A DNA stretch of 64,000 nt from contig NW_024704742.1 of NCBI RefSeq assembly GCF_018977255.1, positions 58,840,001 through 58,904,000 of the forward strand, given 5' to 3'. The notes under the pieces were generated by a model that saw nothing but the letters and a program-made list of their open reading frames with translations, ran no database searches and was not told the DNA's origin. Made by a program: the position numbers and the translations under genes. The DNA comes from Callorhinchus milii. Lineage: Eukaryota. This document shows positions 1-12,940 of the stretch, in pieces; position 1 is the stretch's first letter; every line of letters begins with the position of its first letter.

Positions 1-96
1 TGTCCCAGGAATACTGAGGCAATTTACAGATCCCTGACCAATGGCCAATTCATGATGATGTAGCACTACACTGGCCAGTGCCTTCATCCACTGGGC
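1..96 (-). mobile_element. Fragment (5' part) of very old SINE-like family
   Basis: Weak similarity to the 5' end of the copy at 19010-19392 (ending ...gtgccttcatccactgggc). Confidence 0.3.
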
Positions 97-119
97 TTTA
101 AGAAATATGTAAGGTTGAA

Positions 120-830
120 TAGAGATTATAGATCCAAGTTCTAGCTTTAGGATTTTGAGCTGATAGTCTAGCCTGACACTCCAATGCAATGCTGGGAGTG
201 GGAGTGCCATATTGTCAGAGGTGCTATCATTTGAAGAGTCTGGTCTACCTGTTGCGGGGAATTATACAAATATCACGGTACTATTTGAAAAGAGAAAGGA
301 GCTTTACCTGATCAACAGTCCCTCAGATTAAAAAAAAATGATCATTAACTTCTTGGCTTTTTATTAGGCATTGCTGAGTCGAAATTGGCTGCTATTTTGC
401 CTACAAAATAAAGCAAATTGTTGTTGCAGTGACTTAACTATTACCTGTGTGAAGAATGCTAGAGGCATGGTCGGAGGCTGGCATTATGTGGAAGGAGAAG
501 GAAAGCAGTCCTGATCAAGGACTGGATGTGAGATAGGAAGGACAGTTGAGGATTGATCCTGACTATTAGGTAGCACACAGGTTCAGTGAATGGGAGGGAT
601 AAGCCGAGGAGGTTAAGGTGTAGAAGATACAGGTGAGAAGAAACTGGTGGGAGCCAAGGAGGATGGCTTCCGTCTTATCAACATTCAGCTGCAAAAAGTT
701 GGTGTTCATCTAGGCCTTGATGTCTGACAAGATCCTATACTTTACAGTAAATCCTGTGAAGCGCATTGAAACATTTCAACAGTGCGGTTAGGCGCTACAT
801 CAAATGCAAAGGATTACCACGATTATTATA
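120..830 (+). mobile_element. Diverged Deu-domain SINE interrupted by an L2 fragment
   Basis: Deu motifs ctagcctgacactccaatgca, attgtcagaggtgct and aaattggctgct; tail gtgaagcgc...aggcgctacatcaaatgcaaaggatta resumes after ~735. Confidence 0.65.
450..733 (-). mobile_element. L2 LINE RT fragment
   Basis: Minus strand reads LSDIKA*MNTNFLQLNVDKTEAILLGS, homologous to LSDIKSWMRANFFQLNINKTEALLIGS of the 6181-7083 L2. Confidence 0.75.
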
Positions 831-3056
831 AGATGTGCCATGCTGTTAGAGGGTGGTCCCAGAGAAAGATAGGCATTTCCTTCACAGCTGGTGGGCAAAA
901 CCTGAGCAAATCTTGTTGCCTGGTTGCTGAACATTGAAAGTTGGTGAGCCACCTGCCTTTTTGGCTGTAGTTTACATGTCCCGGTGAGTATAATCGAACA
1001 GGGCACAGGGATTCACATCTTCACATTAAAAAAAGTGATTTTAGGCACAAACCAAATAAAAGTGTTGAAAAAGTCAGCTTGTAAAATTCTTCAGAGTCCA
1101 CTTCTACTGTTATTTATGCAGAGACTGCTTCCAAGAAGTAGCTTGCTGTCCATGTCTCTTAGAGCTCTGAAGGGATTACAGTATATAATGATTATACCCT
1201 GACTGATAATCCCGATAACCTAGTTCTGAAGGAATTTAGAGAGACGTAGCTAAACCTGTTCAGTGACATCTCGTGGGATTGTTCTGCTGAACACACATTG
1301 AGAAATGACAACACAAAGAGCGATTTGTTCTCTGTGGTTAACACATAACAAAGGCAGCAAAATCCACTTCGGTCAGTGAAGAGGCAGTCTATTATTTTTT
1401 TGGAAAGGAATTTGAGACACTTTTCACACCCATTTGCATCTCACTATCCTAACCTGTTATTTCGAAACAGAAACAGAAAAGTAGATAAGAGTGAACCGTT
1501 TTATGCAGAGGGTTAGTTTATCATTTGTGGTACTTGCATAACGATGATGCATGACAGCTGGTGAAGACAACAAGACAGATCGTAGTCCTGCACCAAAAGC
1601 AGCTTGAGCTGGCTCAACTATGTGCACCCAGTCATAATACAAGGTGTCGCAGTTGGATTCTACTTTGTAAGAAAGTTGTAGACGAGAAACAAAAGCACTG
1701 TTTTAACATTACAACAACAAGTTGTACTAATATAACACCTTTCACAATGGGAAAATACGTCTTGTAATATGCACCTGAAGTCTCCAGAACACAACATATA
1801 AAGTGAAATAATAAAATATAGTCCAGTGAACTCTCATCAGACATTGGTAGTGAGAGCCTATGATGAGGGGAGTGTTCATGGACAACATGTAATACTTGCA
1901 TTATATTAATCAACCAAACATAACAACACAGTTTTCTTAGATTACTACCCACCACCCTTAACAAACTGAGGATTTTTTTTGTACTTCCATTATGTCATCA
2001 AATAGAGGTCAGACGTGATAATGAAGCTAACATTATAAACACGGTACAGGCTCATCACTCAACTAAGCCTGATCACTCAGAGCATCAAGAAATGTGCTTC
2101 CTCTACCACAATTGAAGTATGTATGCACGTCCTGGGGCCTTTGGGGATGGTCAGTAAGAATGTGAAAAACCCATTCTGAAGGAACCCCAGTTTTATAGGA
2201 TTACATCTCTCCATCTGTGCAAATCCTGATTCACTTTGTACAAAGGGAACCCCAGGAGGATTGGATTTATCAATTCTCGGGCTGCGAATCTAGTAGATTC
2301 AATACCATTTCACACGTCTGTGGTAATCTGGGAATTGAAGCCACACAAAAAAACAAACGTGGTTTAATGAGAAGCTCAACTAAACTACCAGAGCAATGAA
2401 TTCTGAAAGGAGCAGTCAATGACAATGGTCAGAACACAGAAACATAATGAAAGCATTTAAAGATTTAAGCAGTCTATAGGAGATAGGGAGGTGCGGCTTG
2501 TGGTAAAGCGAGTTGCTGTGTAGAAGCAGCTAACAGACTTCTATGATTGACTGCTGGAAGAGAGCCACCTGGTGCAAGGTGAGCAATTACCTGTAACTAT
2601 TGCATACTGTGTATACAACACCAAAGGCAAGGAGAGCCATGAGTCAAATCACCAAAGGCTCCTGTAAATTAAGTGTTCATTTGGATTAAAGCCCGAGTGA
2701 TTGAATGAACCAGAAAGGAAACACTCCAGAAGACATGGTGCAAATAAGATCAGAATTTAGTGCAGAAATTAAGCGATGAAGAACAGGTCAACACATTAGT
2801 AACACACAGAAGCCAAATTTTATTTTTGTCTTATGCTCTAGCGCTGCAAAACCTCCGGGAACTATTCTTGTTTACTCTACTTGGCATCAAGAAGCATTAT
2901 ATGTGCTGCCAAACAAATATTAATAACCTCATTAACATCAGTTTGTGTCTTGGTTTTGTGGAGGAGATATCCTGGCACAGCATTGCACAAATATTGAGAC
3001 CATTTGTTTGCTAGGATCCAACTTGAAATTTTAGTAACGATGATTACTTTGCCAAC

Positions 3057-3393
3057 ATAATAATAATACTTGCATTTGATATAGCGCCTTATCATGACTG
3101 AGACATCTCAGGAATTGACTATATTTTGTGGGTGAACCATGGCAGCCAATTGCACACTGCAGTATCCCACAAACAGTTGTGGACTGAGTGACCAAATTTT
3201 TTAATTGAAGGAATTATTACCCCCGGAAAGCGATCCGCCAATCGACTAACAACTGGATTCTTACTTACTGCTATGTAAGCAGAGGCAGGTGGCGTAAGAA
3301 AACTTGCCTAAGATTTTGCTCCACCTGGGGAATCGAACCTGGTCCTGTTGCTCACAAGGTAAGTGCTCTAAACAATTCAATACAGGACTCCAC
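3057..3393 (-). mobile_element. tRNA-derived SINE, long form
   Basis: tRNA head with B box (GTTCGATTC), CORE-like segment, Deu-like 3' part, (ATT)n tail; similar to 11 other copies in the window. Confidence 0.9.
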
Positions 3394-3424
3394 ACCCCCA
3401 GCACTGTTTGCAGTGTCAACCTAA

Positions 3425-3511
3425 ACTTGGAAGCAACAAGTCCTGACATGGGCTTGAACCTACAGCATTCTAATGTAGAGGCAAGTGTGCTACCAACTAA
3501 GCCAGGCTGAC
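3425..3511 (-). mobile_element. Deu-SINE tRNA-like head fragment
   Basis: Reverse complement gtcagcctggcttagttggtagcacacttgcctct...gttcaagccc matches the head of the 22425 copy. Confidence 0.6.
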
Positions 3512-3639
3512 ACCTGCAGGTAACAGAATATCTTTGAGCCAGTTCTTTGTTGTCAGTGATGCAGCCAAGGTATAACTTTGGAATAAGAAATGATGTTGGC
3601 TTCAAAGGATTCAGGGATCATTTTGGAAAAGGCGGTTTT

Positions 3640-3742
3640 GAAGTTGCTAACTGAGGTTGCTATGTTGTTAAGGAAAGTAGCTATGTTGCTAGTAATTATG
3701 TTGCTATGGGATGCAGTTATGTTGCTAAAAGGTATGTTGGAA
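3640..3742. repeat. Degenerate minisatellite of TATGTTGCTA
   Basis: Motif variants start at 3640, 3661, 3682, 3697, 3718 and 3733 (spacings 21, 21, 15, 21, 15). Confidence 0.6.
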
Positions 3743-4109
3743 ATGATTAGAGGGGGAATCTCAGGGTCATTCCATACCTCTCACGCACAAACCAAACAGT
3801 CTCACAAAGTACCAGATTTGTTTGCCTTCATCTTATCAGTCATCAAAGACTGAATAAAACCTGTTTACACATCACAAGTTTAGTGGCTGGATAATCATTG
3901 TCCGAAAGAGGCCATTACATGATGATAATCAGGTGATACGAAAAAAGTTAGAGGAAACGATTAACCCGCAGATCCTGCCATTACATTGCCTTCATTACAT
4001 CTAATGAGTGGCCATATTGCACCCATCATAGGACCCGCACAGCAGTATCTGTGAAAGAAACAACAACAACAAAATTACATTTGTATAGCGCCAACAATGG
4101 ACATGGAAC

Positions 4110-4480
4110 GTTTGTTTATAGCACCTATAAAGTCCAATAACTTCACAGTGAGTGATCACCATCCCATACAGTGACTATATTAGCAGATACACATGGCAGA
4201 CATTTTGTATGCAGAAACGTTCTACAAACAGCCATGAATGAACGACCAAGACAATGGAAGAAACTCCCTTCTCTTTTTGAATAGTGCCACAGGATCTTTG
4301 ACACTCACTTGATCAAAAGGTAAGCAGGTTTAGTATCTCATCTAAGAGATGATATGCTCTGGGACGCTATCCTCCATGGGGTTCTATATAAATGCAAGTT
4401 ATTGTTACCTCTGACAATGTAACACTCTCCAGTGTACTACACTGAATTATCAGCCTAGGTTGTGAATAGGGCTTGATCTG
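4110..4480 (-). mobile_element. Diverged Deu-SINE containing a short L2 tail
   Basis: aaactcccttctctttttgaatagtgccacaggatcttt is the reverse complement of the Deu core; L2-like tail at ~4358-4407. Confidence 0.6.
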
Positions 4481-6180
4481 CACGTTTGGCAAATTGCAGC
4501 CCTATCATTGTTGCATTTCTATTTAAATAACAGACTCTCACCAAAAAATATCTACTTTTTTTTAAAAAGGAAGGGATCAAACACTTACAGTTTAAAGAAA
4601 CAAGAATAAATCACCTTCAGTAGAGGAGGGTGAGAGGAAGGGGTGAGTTAGAGATGAAAATTGGAGAGAGAGCAATAAAATGCTTTAGTCTCATTATTAT
4701 ATGTCAAAGACAGTAACTTGGAGCTACTCCACGGATGAGAGATTTCTGTTTTGACTTTCTCCTAAATGTTACTTCTCTTTAACCAACTTCTCTGAGACCA
4801 AAATAACTTCCATCCCAGAATAAAAGCATCAGAGCTGGAGTGGAAGAGCACAATAACTTTGATCAATTACTCATATAGCGCCCTTTATATCAGGTAATGT
4901 CTGAGCACTGTACAAAGACAGGTGCGGATGCTGAGCGAGTGAGAGGTGGCCATAGGCCAGTCGAAGACTTTCAGCACGAGTCCAATTTATAATTAATGCA
5001 ACGTTGCTACATCACACAGGTACAAAATCTTTAGAAATTCTTTTTCCTGATCAACCGTAGAATAATGCTGGAATAAATAGAAATACAAGGCTTGGAGCAA
5101 AATGGTCAGATATTCAGGCACAGCTCCTAACCTCCAATACCATATTATGTACCATATATACAATCAATTCACTTACTTTGTGAACTGCTTTGAGATGTCT
5201 CAGAGACGTGATGAGGTGGTATATCAAATGCAAGGATTTTTATAATTATTATGTTTAGCATTGATGATTTGAAAAACAAACTCTAAAGGTCTTGTACATG
5301 AATAATGCAGCCAATGCATTTGTGATAAGTCACACAATGACGTACGTTTCATATATGTCCATACCATACAAGTGGCTGATCACCCCCCCCACTCCATCGC
5401 CCACCACTACCCAGCACCAGCACCTTATGAAAAGCAGAGTGAACAAAAGAATGGCCATAAGAATAGCAGCAGCACTTGGCTGTCAACTCCGCAATGTTAG
5501 TCATACAACCCACAGTATAAAAACGCTATACAAGAATGCAGGGAAGGTTTCATTGTGCTAAAATTAGACTGTTTGAGGTTTATCCTTACCGTGTATCTAT
5601 AAAGTAAAAGACCTTGTGGTTTTATGCTATTTGTTCAAGCCCATCATCATCATCTAGGGCACACAATAAGTCAGTGTAAGGAAGGGATCCTGTTTCTGTT
5701 CAAACAGAGGTAAGTGTTTGAAAAGGATGGCAAATTTACTCTTAGATACCAAAAAAACTTAGTGAGTTTGTGATCAGAGAACAGAGGCAGGCACCACTTG
5801 GAATAAACTGAACTGTGTAGGCGCCTGAACAAAAAGTAAACATAATATAGGCAATCCCAGTGATAAAACACCACCGTTTCTCCCATCTTGGAATTCAGAC
5901 ACTTTGATTAATAGTTCCTTGATCACCGAATAACGAAAGTAAATGACAATTCCACATGTATTTAAAAGAAGGGCTTGCAAGTACATTTAAACAACAATCG
6001 ACACTTTGTACAGTTTGTGACTTCCACAAATGATATTGGATAAATTTCTAGTGGATTGTGCAACACAGCACAACGGAGGTCAAACATAGCCTCAAGCCTT
6101 AATACCATTGTTTAAAAAAAACTTAAGATTACATAGAAGCTTGAACATTTTTGAAATTCAGTCTTAATTCAGTCCTGATT

Positions 6181-7083
6181 AACAACAACAACAAAACTAC
6201 ATTTGTAAAGCGCCTTTCAAGTTGGGAGGATGTCCCAAGGCGCTGGACAGATTTACAGACCCAAGCTGGGGGTCGGGATCGGGGTGAGGGAGGGCAGGGG
6301 GGAAGCAGGGAGATCGAAAGCACGGTCGAAGAGGAGGGTCTTGAGATGGCTCTTGAAGGAGGCAAGGGAGGGCGTGAGGCAAAGGGACTGCAGGATGGGT
6401 TTCAGAGGGTGGGGGCAGAGTGGCAGAAAGCCCGCCCGTCAATAGTGGGATGAGCGAAGCAGACCGGAGCCGCTGAGCGGAGGGAGCAAGCAGGATGGTA
6501 GGGAGTTAGGAGATGGCAGAGGTAGGGGGTAGCAAGATCATGGAGGGCTTTGAAGGTAAGGACCAGGATCTTGAACTGTATCCTCTGTGCGATGGGAAGC
6601 AAGTGGAGTTGGGCGATGCGGGAGAGGACACCGGCTGCAGAGTTCTGGACGATCTGCAGCTTGTGGAGGGAGGAGTTGGTGAGGCCGACAAGCAATGAGT
6701 TTGCATAGTCGAGCCTCGATGTAATGAAAGCATGTATGAGGGTTTCAGCGGCCCTGCGGTGTGAGACAATGGTGGAGCCGAGCGATGTTGCAGAGGTGGG
6801 GGAAAGCAGAGCGGGTCATGGCACAGATGTGGGGTAGAAAGGATAGTTGAGGGTCAAACAAGACGCCAAAGTTCTGGATTGGTTTAGCAAGGTGGAGTGT
6901 GCAACCATGGACGGTGATGCTGTCAGCGCCTGAGGTGTAGAGGCGCTGACGGGAGCCAATCAGGAGAGCCTCGGTCTTGTTGATGTTCAACTGAAAAAAG
7001 TTAGCTCTCATCCAGGACTTGATGTCTGACAGACATTCTATCAGCACAGCAGTGGTCCTGGAGTCAAAGGTGAAGGCAGACCC
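6181..7083 (-). mobile_element. 5'-truncated L2 LINE (RT C-terminus, 3' UTR, (TTG)n tail)
   Basis: Frameshifted RT peptides ([62 protein letters not shown]); 3' stem-loop and (CAA)n on plus strand; possible TSD TAACAAC. Confidence 0.95.
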
Positions 7084-7282
7084 TAACAACCCCCAAATAA
7101 AAATTGCTCATTCATTTCATGCCTGTTTGTGGGCATTGCTGTGCACAATTGGGCTGCTATGTTCACCTACAAGTACACAGTCACTCCATTTCACAGTAAA
7201 TCCTGTGAAGCTCTTTGAGACATCTTTCTGATGTTATAAGGCACTATACCAAATGCAAGGATTATTATATTATTATTATATA
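7084..7282 (+). mobile_element. Deu-SINE 3' half
   Basis: ctgtttgtgggcattgctgtgcacaattgg...aaggcactataccaaatgcaaggattattat. Confidence 0.8.
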
Positions 7283-7847
7283 ATTTCAAAGCTTGTTTAG
7301 AAATTTGCTTGATTTTGGCTCAGCCTCGAATTTTAATACAATGTTCTCCAGGCTTAGACGATGAGAAATTTCAACCCTCAGAAGTTAAGTGCCGTTAACA
7401 TCCTACAGAATGGGGAAACAAGTTTACTGCACTCTTTAGAGTGAAAATGAAAGAAATGGGCTTAATGTGTAAAAGGACTCGCTGCCAATCCATCCATGAA
7501 ACCATTTCTAAATTACTCAATGAGCAAAATGGAACAGACATGATAATTGCTGGATGATCTACTGAAATTTAGGATCAAATTCAGAGTATGGTTTCATCAT
7601 CAAAATGTTCCAATACAGATTGTACAACGTGCTCTTGGAAATTCCCACAGCAGGTTTTAAAAAGAACCGTTGTCAACAGAAACAGTTGGCTGATAACCCG
7701 CACCAAGAAAAACCTGGATTTGTTCAACACCCTTCATGTAAGGTAACGTCTCAGATAATTTAGTTTCACAAAGAGGAGGTTGGACGTTGAGCAAGTGAGG
7801 AGGATGAGGGGAACAATATTGAAACCTGTCTGACAAAAAAATACAGA

Positions 7848-8440
7848 AACAACAACAACAAGATTCCATTTATAGAGCGCCTTTCACGTCGGGAGGACGT
7901 CCCAAGGCGCTGTACAGTTGGATCAGGACCCGAGCAGGGGAGAAATGGTCAGGGTGAGGGGAGGGAACGAGGAGGGGGTAGAGAGTCGGAGGGGAGCCGA
8001 AGGCTCGGTCAAAGAGAAAGGTCTTGAGACTGGCCTTGAAGGAGGAAAGGGAGGAGGCGGCGAAGGCACTGGGGGATAGAGTTCCAGAGCCTCGGGGCTG
8101 AGAGGCTGAAGGCCCGGCCACCGATGGTAGGGCGGTTGGGGCGGGGGATGTGGAGCAGACCGGAGTCAGAGGAACGAAGGATACGGGCAGGTAGGTAGGG
8201 GGATAGTAGGTCAGAGAGGTAGGAGGGAGCAAGGCCGTGAATGGCCTTGTAGGTGAGGATGAGGATCTTGAAATCGATCCTCTGGGGGATGGGGAGCCAG
8301 TGGAGGCGAGCGAGGGTGGGAGTGATGTGGTCCTGGTGCGGGACAGTACACGAGCTGCAGAGTTCTGAATGACCTGCAGCTTGTGGAGGGAGGTGGCGGG
8401 AAGGCCGGCGAGGAGAGAGTTCCCATAGTCCAGCCTTGAC
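7848..8440 (-). mobile_element. 5'-truncated L2 LINE, second 3'-UTR type, GC-rich and relatively young
   Basis: Peptide SRLDYGNSLLAGLPATSLHKLQVIQNSAARVL...FKASLKTFLF; stem-loop AGCGCCTT..ACGTC..GACGT..AAGGCGCT; (TTG)n tail. Confidence 0.95.
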
Positions 8441-8519
8441 AGTTCACAGTTGCTCATTATCAGAGTTGCTCATTTCTGTTCTGTGAACCACCAGCCACTC
8501 ATCAGGTGCAAACCCTTAA

Positions 8520-8585
8520 CTGTCCAGCGCCTTGGGACATCCTTCCAATGTGAAAAGCGCTATATAAATGTAATTTGTTGTTGTT
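8520..8585 (+). mobile_element. Isolated L2 3' terminus
   Basis: ctgtccagcgccttgggacatccttccaatgtgaaaagcgctatataaatgtaatttgttgttgtt. Confidence 0.8.
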
Positions 8586-9289
8586 CATCGCAGCCACTCA
8601 AGTACATGAGACTTTGTTGATGCCAGTAGTATTGGTGGAGAAATAATTATCCCATTTCAAGTCAAACTGGTGGAGTGACACCCTATCAGCCATGTGAGGA
8701 ATGCCCCAACTCCAAAGTAGCCATCTATTAATTGCACATATTGAACATGTTATGCTATTATTCCACTGAATAACTTTCTAAGAATCAAAATGAAAATTTA
8801 TAAGAGGCCAGACAGAAAAACTCAAAGAAAAGCCTACAAGGATTTGCCTTTGTATTATTTTCTTCTGAAAAATATTCAATGGCTCTTCTGCTCCATGATC
8901 CTGCCCCAGTTCAAAACCAGTCATTTGAAGCACAGTTTCAGTTAAAATTACTTGACAAATTAAAGAATAATGCAAATAAATGGAACTTCAATAATGTGCA
9001 ATCCTTTTTAATGCAAATATCACGTTTTCTTTCTTCCTGCTTCTAATTACATAAATTTACAAACACTTCACTCTGCTGGAAATCAAATGTATCACCAGTT
9101 CTTTGGAAATTTCTCCCAGCCCCCTTCCTTCCCCCTCCACCTATTGTGACAATAAGATAGAAATCAAATAAACCTTTTTGAATGTTCAACCAGATTTAAT
9201 CTTCAATAATGCTCCAAATCGAGCAGCAACTTCCATTAAAACACACAAGTCTGAGTCAGCTTCAGATTTCTAATAATTACTCGGGTGAC

Positions 9290-9560
9290 ATAAGAGGCGT
9301 CAGTTTTTATGGCTTGGTTGGACCAGGCTGTTCATGTTTAGGTGGATGTTAATGATCTCATGGCACTATTCATAAATAGAAGGGAGTTTCTCCTGATGTC
9401 TTGGCCAACGACCCCCCAAATTGGTTGTTTGCTTCATGGCTGTTTGACATAAATTGGCTGCCATGTTCACTTACAAATACACATTTATTCCACTTTGCAG
9501 TAAAATCTGGCAAAGTGCTTTATAATAATAATATTCGTTATATTTGGCATAACACCTTTC
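9290..9560 (+). mobile_element. Diverged Deu-SINE
   Basis: ggtggatgttaatgatctcatggcactattc...gaagggagtttctcctgatgtcttggccaac. Confidence 0.55.
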
Positions 9561-10070
9561 ACGTGGGGAGGACGTCTCAAACTATTTCATAGGATATACT
9601 GTAAAGTGGAGTGACTGTAATGTCTCACAACAGCTAGAAAATGAATGAGAAATCTCAACAACGTGATAATTAAATGCAAATGCATTTATTAAATTATTAT
9701 ATATAATGCAAACAGTATTGGCTGAATTATTATTAACTTTAGATGATAGACATGTGCCAAAAGAATGCACTGAGATGCCAGGGACCGTCACTGTTTGGGA
9801 ACAGAGCCAGAGATGCCCAGACTTAAAAAACAAAGAGATGGAAACTGCTGAATATTTGAGAGGCCTCAGAATTCAGTGTTTCTAAACAGATGCCGTTAAA
9901 TGTGTTTCAAAATATTTCCCCTTGCCCCCATTTCTGAATAATGGTATCACCCAAACCTAGTTGAAAAGCTTTGGGTTGCTACCATCTTGGATTCCCATTT
10001 TAATGGGGATTATTTTCAAGCTCCCAAAACAGCCTTTCTGATCTTATTCCAGGGTTACTCAATTAGTGTT

Positions 10071-10426
10071 TTCATTCTGGTGAATCTGCGGTGCGCTCTC
10101 TCCAGAGCCAATATATCCTTCCTGAGGTGTGGTGCCCAAACCTGAAAACAGTACTCCAGATGGGGTCTGACCAAGGCTCTATACTTTTGAAGCATCATTT
10201 CTTCTCCTTTATATTCCAGCCCCTTTGAGATAAAGGCCAACATCCCATTAGCCTTTTCGATAACTTCTTGTACCTGCAAGCTTATTTTTAGTGATTTGTG
10301 TCCTTGGACGCCAAATCCCTTTGCTCCTCCACAGTTCTTAGTTTCTCCCCATTTTGAAAATATTATGGTTCGCTATTTTTGATCCATAGTGGATGGCCTC
10401 ACACTTCTCCACATTGAATTCCATCC
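10071..10426 (-). mobile_element. CR1 LINE RT C-terminal fragment
   Basis: Peptide KANGMLAFISKGLEYK...YRALVRPHLEYCFQVWAPHLRKDILALERAHRRFTRM, characteristic of CR1 ORF2. Confidence 0.9.
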
Positions 10427-10739
10427 CTGGTTATGAATTATAATAATAATCCTTAAGATTGGTGTCGTGATTTTCAAGTCAGAAGGAAGTCTCAAAGCGC
10501 TTCACAGGATATATTGTAAAATGTGCATTTTGTGGATGAATGCAGCAGCCAACTTGCCAATTAATGATTACACCTTCAGAGGGTAATACAAGTCCCTTGC
10601 ACAATTGTGCTCTGCAACTCTGACAATGTTCGCAGCACTCACATATTCAAATTTCAATAACAAAGCAAAACAAAAGAATATTAAAGTTCATCACAATTTC
10701 TTTGTCACTTTTTTCTATATTAAAAAAAGTACTCTGATG

Positions 10740-10839
10740 CTTTATTCTTAGAAGGATGGCTGGCATCATAGCTTAGAACATCAATAACCAGTTACTTTAT
10801 TCTTAGAAGGATAGAGCTTAGAACATTAATAACTAGTGA
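10740..10839. repeat. Tandem duplication (55 bp + 45 bp copies)
   Basis: ctttattcttagaaggat...agcttagaacat(c/t)aataac(c/t)agt twice; second copy is 10 bp shorter. Confidence 0.85.
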
Positions 10840-11283
10840 TAGCAATAGGAACTCATGGGACACGTATAGAACAGGTCAGATCCAATACAGAGATACCTGT
10901 ATTCATTATCCTGACAATGTGCTTAAACCCCCAACTACAACTGCATTGACAGGGCATCTTAATTTCCCTAATGGCTGGTCATTTGAGTCAATTTGCAAAA
11001 TTAATTACCAATTATGCCACATTTTGGCTCAGTTTTGAGCCCACCAGGAACTGGGCAAAGCTCAAACTAATAATCCTTAACAACTAATGGTGAGGGGCAT
11101 TCAAACCTGGGTTCTAGAGTCCTATCACAATGCATTAACTGATCCAAGAGGGGAAGGGGAAAGAAAAGAACATGCTTTAATTTTGTTCTGGATTCAATGG
11201 ATTTATTTAAATTAATTCCATTCAGGAACTATTTGGATTAAAGCTTTAACAGTTTACTTTGCCACAATTAAAAAACACATTAC

Positions 11284-11920
11284 TTTTCTCCTTTCCTCTC
11301 CCTAGGCTCCTCGTGAACGATTCCAGCTATCAGAATCTTGTTCAGATGAATGCTCCTAGCAAGTGACCTGGGACGTATAGAGGATGGTGGGAGAAGCAGC
11401 TCTACAGGTGGATCCGATTTGGTCCTCGAGCCAGTGTCATTGTGACTTATAACACCCTTGCATTTGAAATGATGCCTTATCATGTCGTCAAGACACCAAT
11501 AGTAATGCATTTTACTGTGAAGTAGTGCACTGTAGTGTAGGGTATTTGTAAAAGAAAGTGACAGCCTATTTGTGCATAGCAATGTCCGACAGACAGCCAT
11601 GAAGTCAATGACCGATTTAATCTGGGAGATTGTTGGCCAGGACATTGGGGAAACTCCCTTCTCTTTTCGAATAGTGTCATGGGATCTCTAAAACATCCAC
11701 TTGAACAGGGAAACAGTATCTCAGTTTAATATCTTATCTGAAGAATGACATCTCTAACAATGCAACACATCCACAGTAGTGGATTGGAGCCTCAGCACAG
11801 AACAAGTTATTTCTGCTCTCCCTCTGCCCACCACAGATCCAACTCAGACCAAGATCAATCAACTCAGCATAAAGAGATACTGAATCAGCTTCAGGATCTG
11901 TGTGACTCATCATCATGTCA
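11284..11920 (-). mobile_element. Very old SINE-like element split by a Deu-SINE
   Basis: 3' end ttttctcctttcctctccct at 11284; 5' part gatcaatcaactcagcat at ~11853; resembles 19010-19392. Confidence 0.45.
11452..11785 (-). mobile_element. Deu-SINE
   Basis: gttggccaggacattggggaaactcccttctcttttcgaatagtgtcatgggatct; tail ccttgcatttga. Confidence 0.8.
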
Positions 11921-12699
11921 TAGGAAATCCACAAATCCACTAAGACAATAAAAAAGCTAGCGTCAATTTTTTTTATATACCGTATTTGATTGTTTAATAT
12001 ATCACGCAGATCTTGGGTACCAAACATCCTGAGTCACAAGGCACTTTTCTATGGTTGCAGACAAATCGCACCATAACAGATCCAAATAAATTAAACAAAA
12101 GCTACAACACACTGTAATCTTGTGATTGCGGGTTGATACTTGCAACCTGTGATGTGCTAATTAACACATTACACGGGTTGCAATTTAACAGAATTAAAAA
12201 AGAGATATGTTGCTAAGTGGCAGCCCAGTGCCTGAATCTGTGGCCTGGCTTCATTCTCAACCATTGTGGTGATGGGAAGTCACACCCAAAGATCATCGAT
12301 GCCTTCAGTTATCAATAAGTCAGAAATTTCAAAGCCTTATTAATTTACACATTTCAAGTCACAATTTGAAAGTCTGTATTTTTATTCACAGATTCAGTAT
12401 GAGTAGCAACAACAATAAATTCATATTTATATAGTGACTTTCACGCGAATGGGCATCTCAAAGTGCTTCTCAGAGCTATGGTTGAGTTGGATGCTGAACA
12501 GCATCTTGTGAGTTAGCATGGAATAGATCTCCCTGCTGACTGGAAGTGGATGGATGAATGGCTTTTATTTTTTCAGGGCCACCAATGGTGTGTATGTTGT
12601 TGTCAATCTCCTAGAGTTCTAGACCCTCGCCCACTTTCTCTCTACTCCACTAACTCAGGCCTGCTTCATGTCCTTGCTCCCTTCGACCTAGATTGCTAG

Positions 12700-12940
12700 G
12701 CAGGACGTTGAGAGAACTTTCTTGCCTTTTTCAAGCAATCTAATGAGATCTTTAAGGCCCCACCTGAAAAGGCAGATGGGACCTCAATTTTTAATGTTGC
12801 ACCAAAAACAGCACCTCCAGCAATGCTTCCCCCCCATGGCTGCACTGGAGTGTCAGACTAGACCGTGAACTCAATTCCAGGATAGGGCTTGAATGCACAA
12901 ATTTCTGACGCAGAAAGAGAATGTTTTATATGAGCCAAAC
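12700..12940 (-). mobile_element. Deu-SINE 5' half
   Basis: tgcactggagtgtcagactag...gggcttgaa...tttctgacgcaga. Confidence 0.6.

Noticed and set aside
7870..8457. 195-aa ORF as a host gene
   Set aside because: Frameshifted L2 RT remnant.
11284..11306. Strong-looking splice acceptor
   Set aside because: The pyrimidine tract is the antisense 3' end of the old SINE-like repeat.
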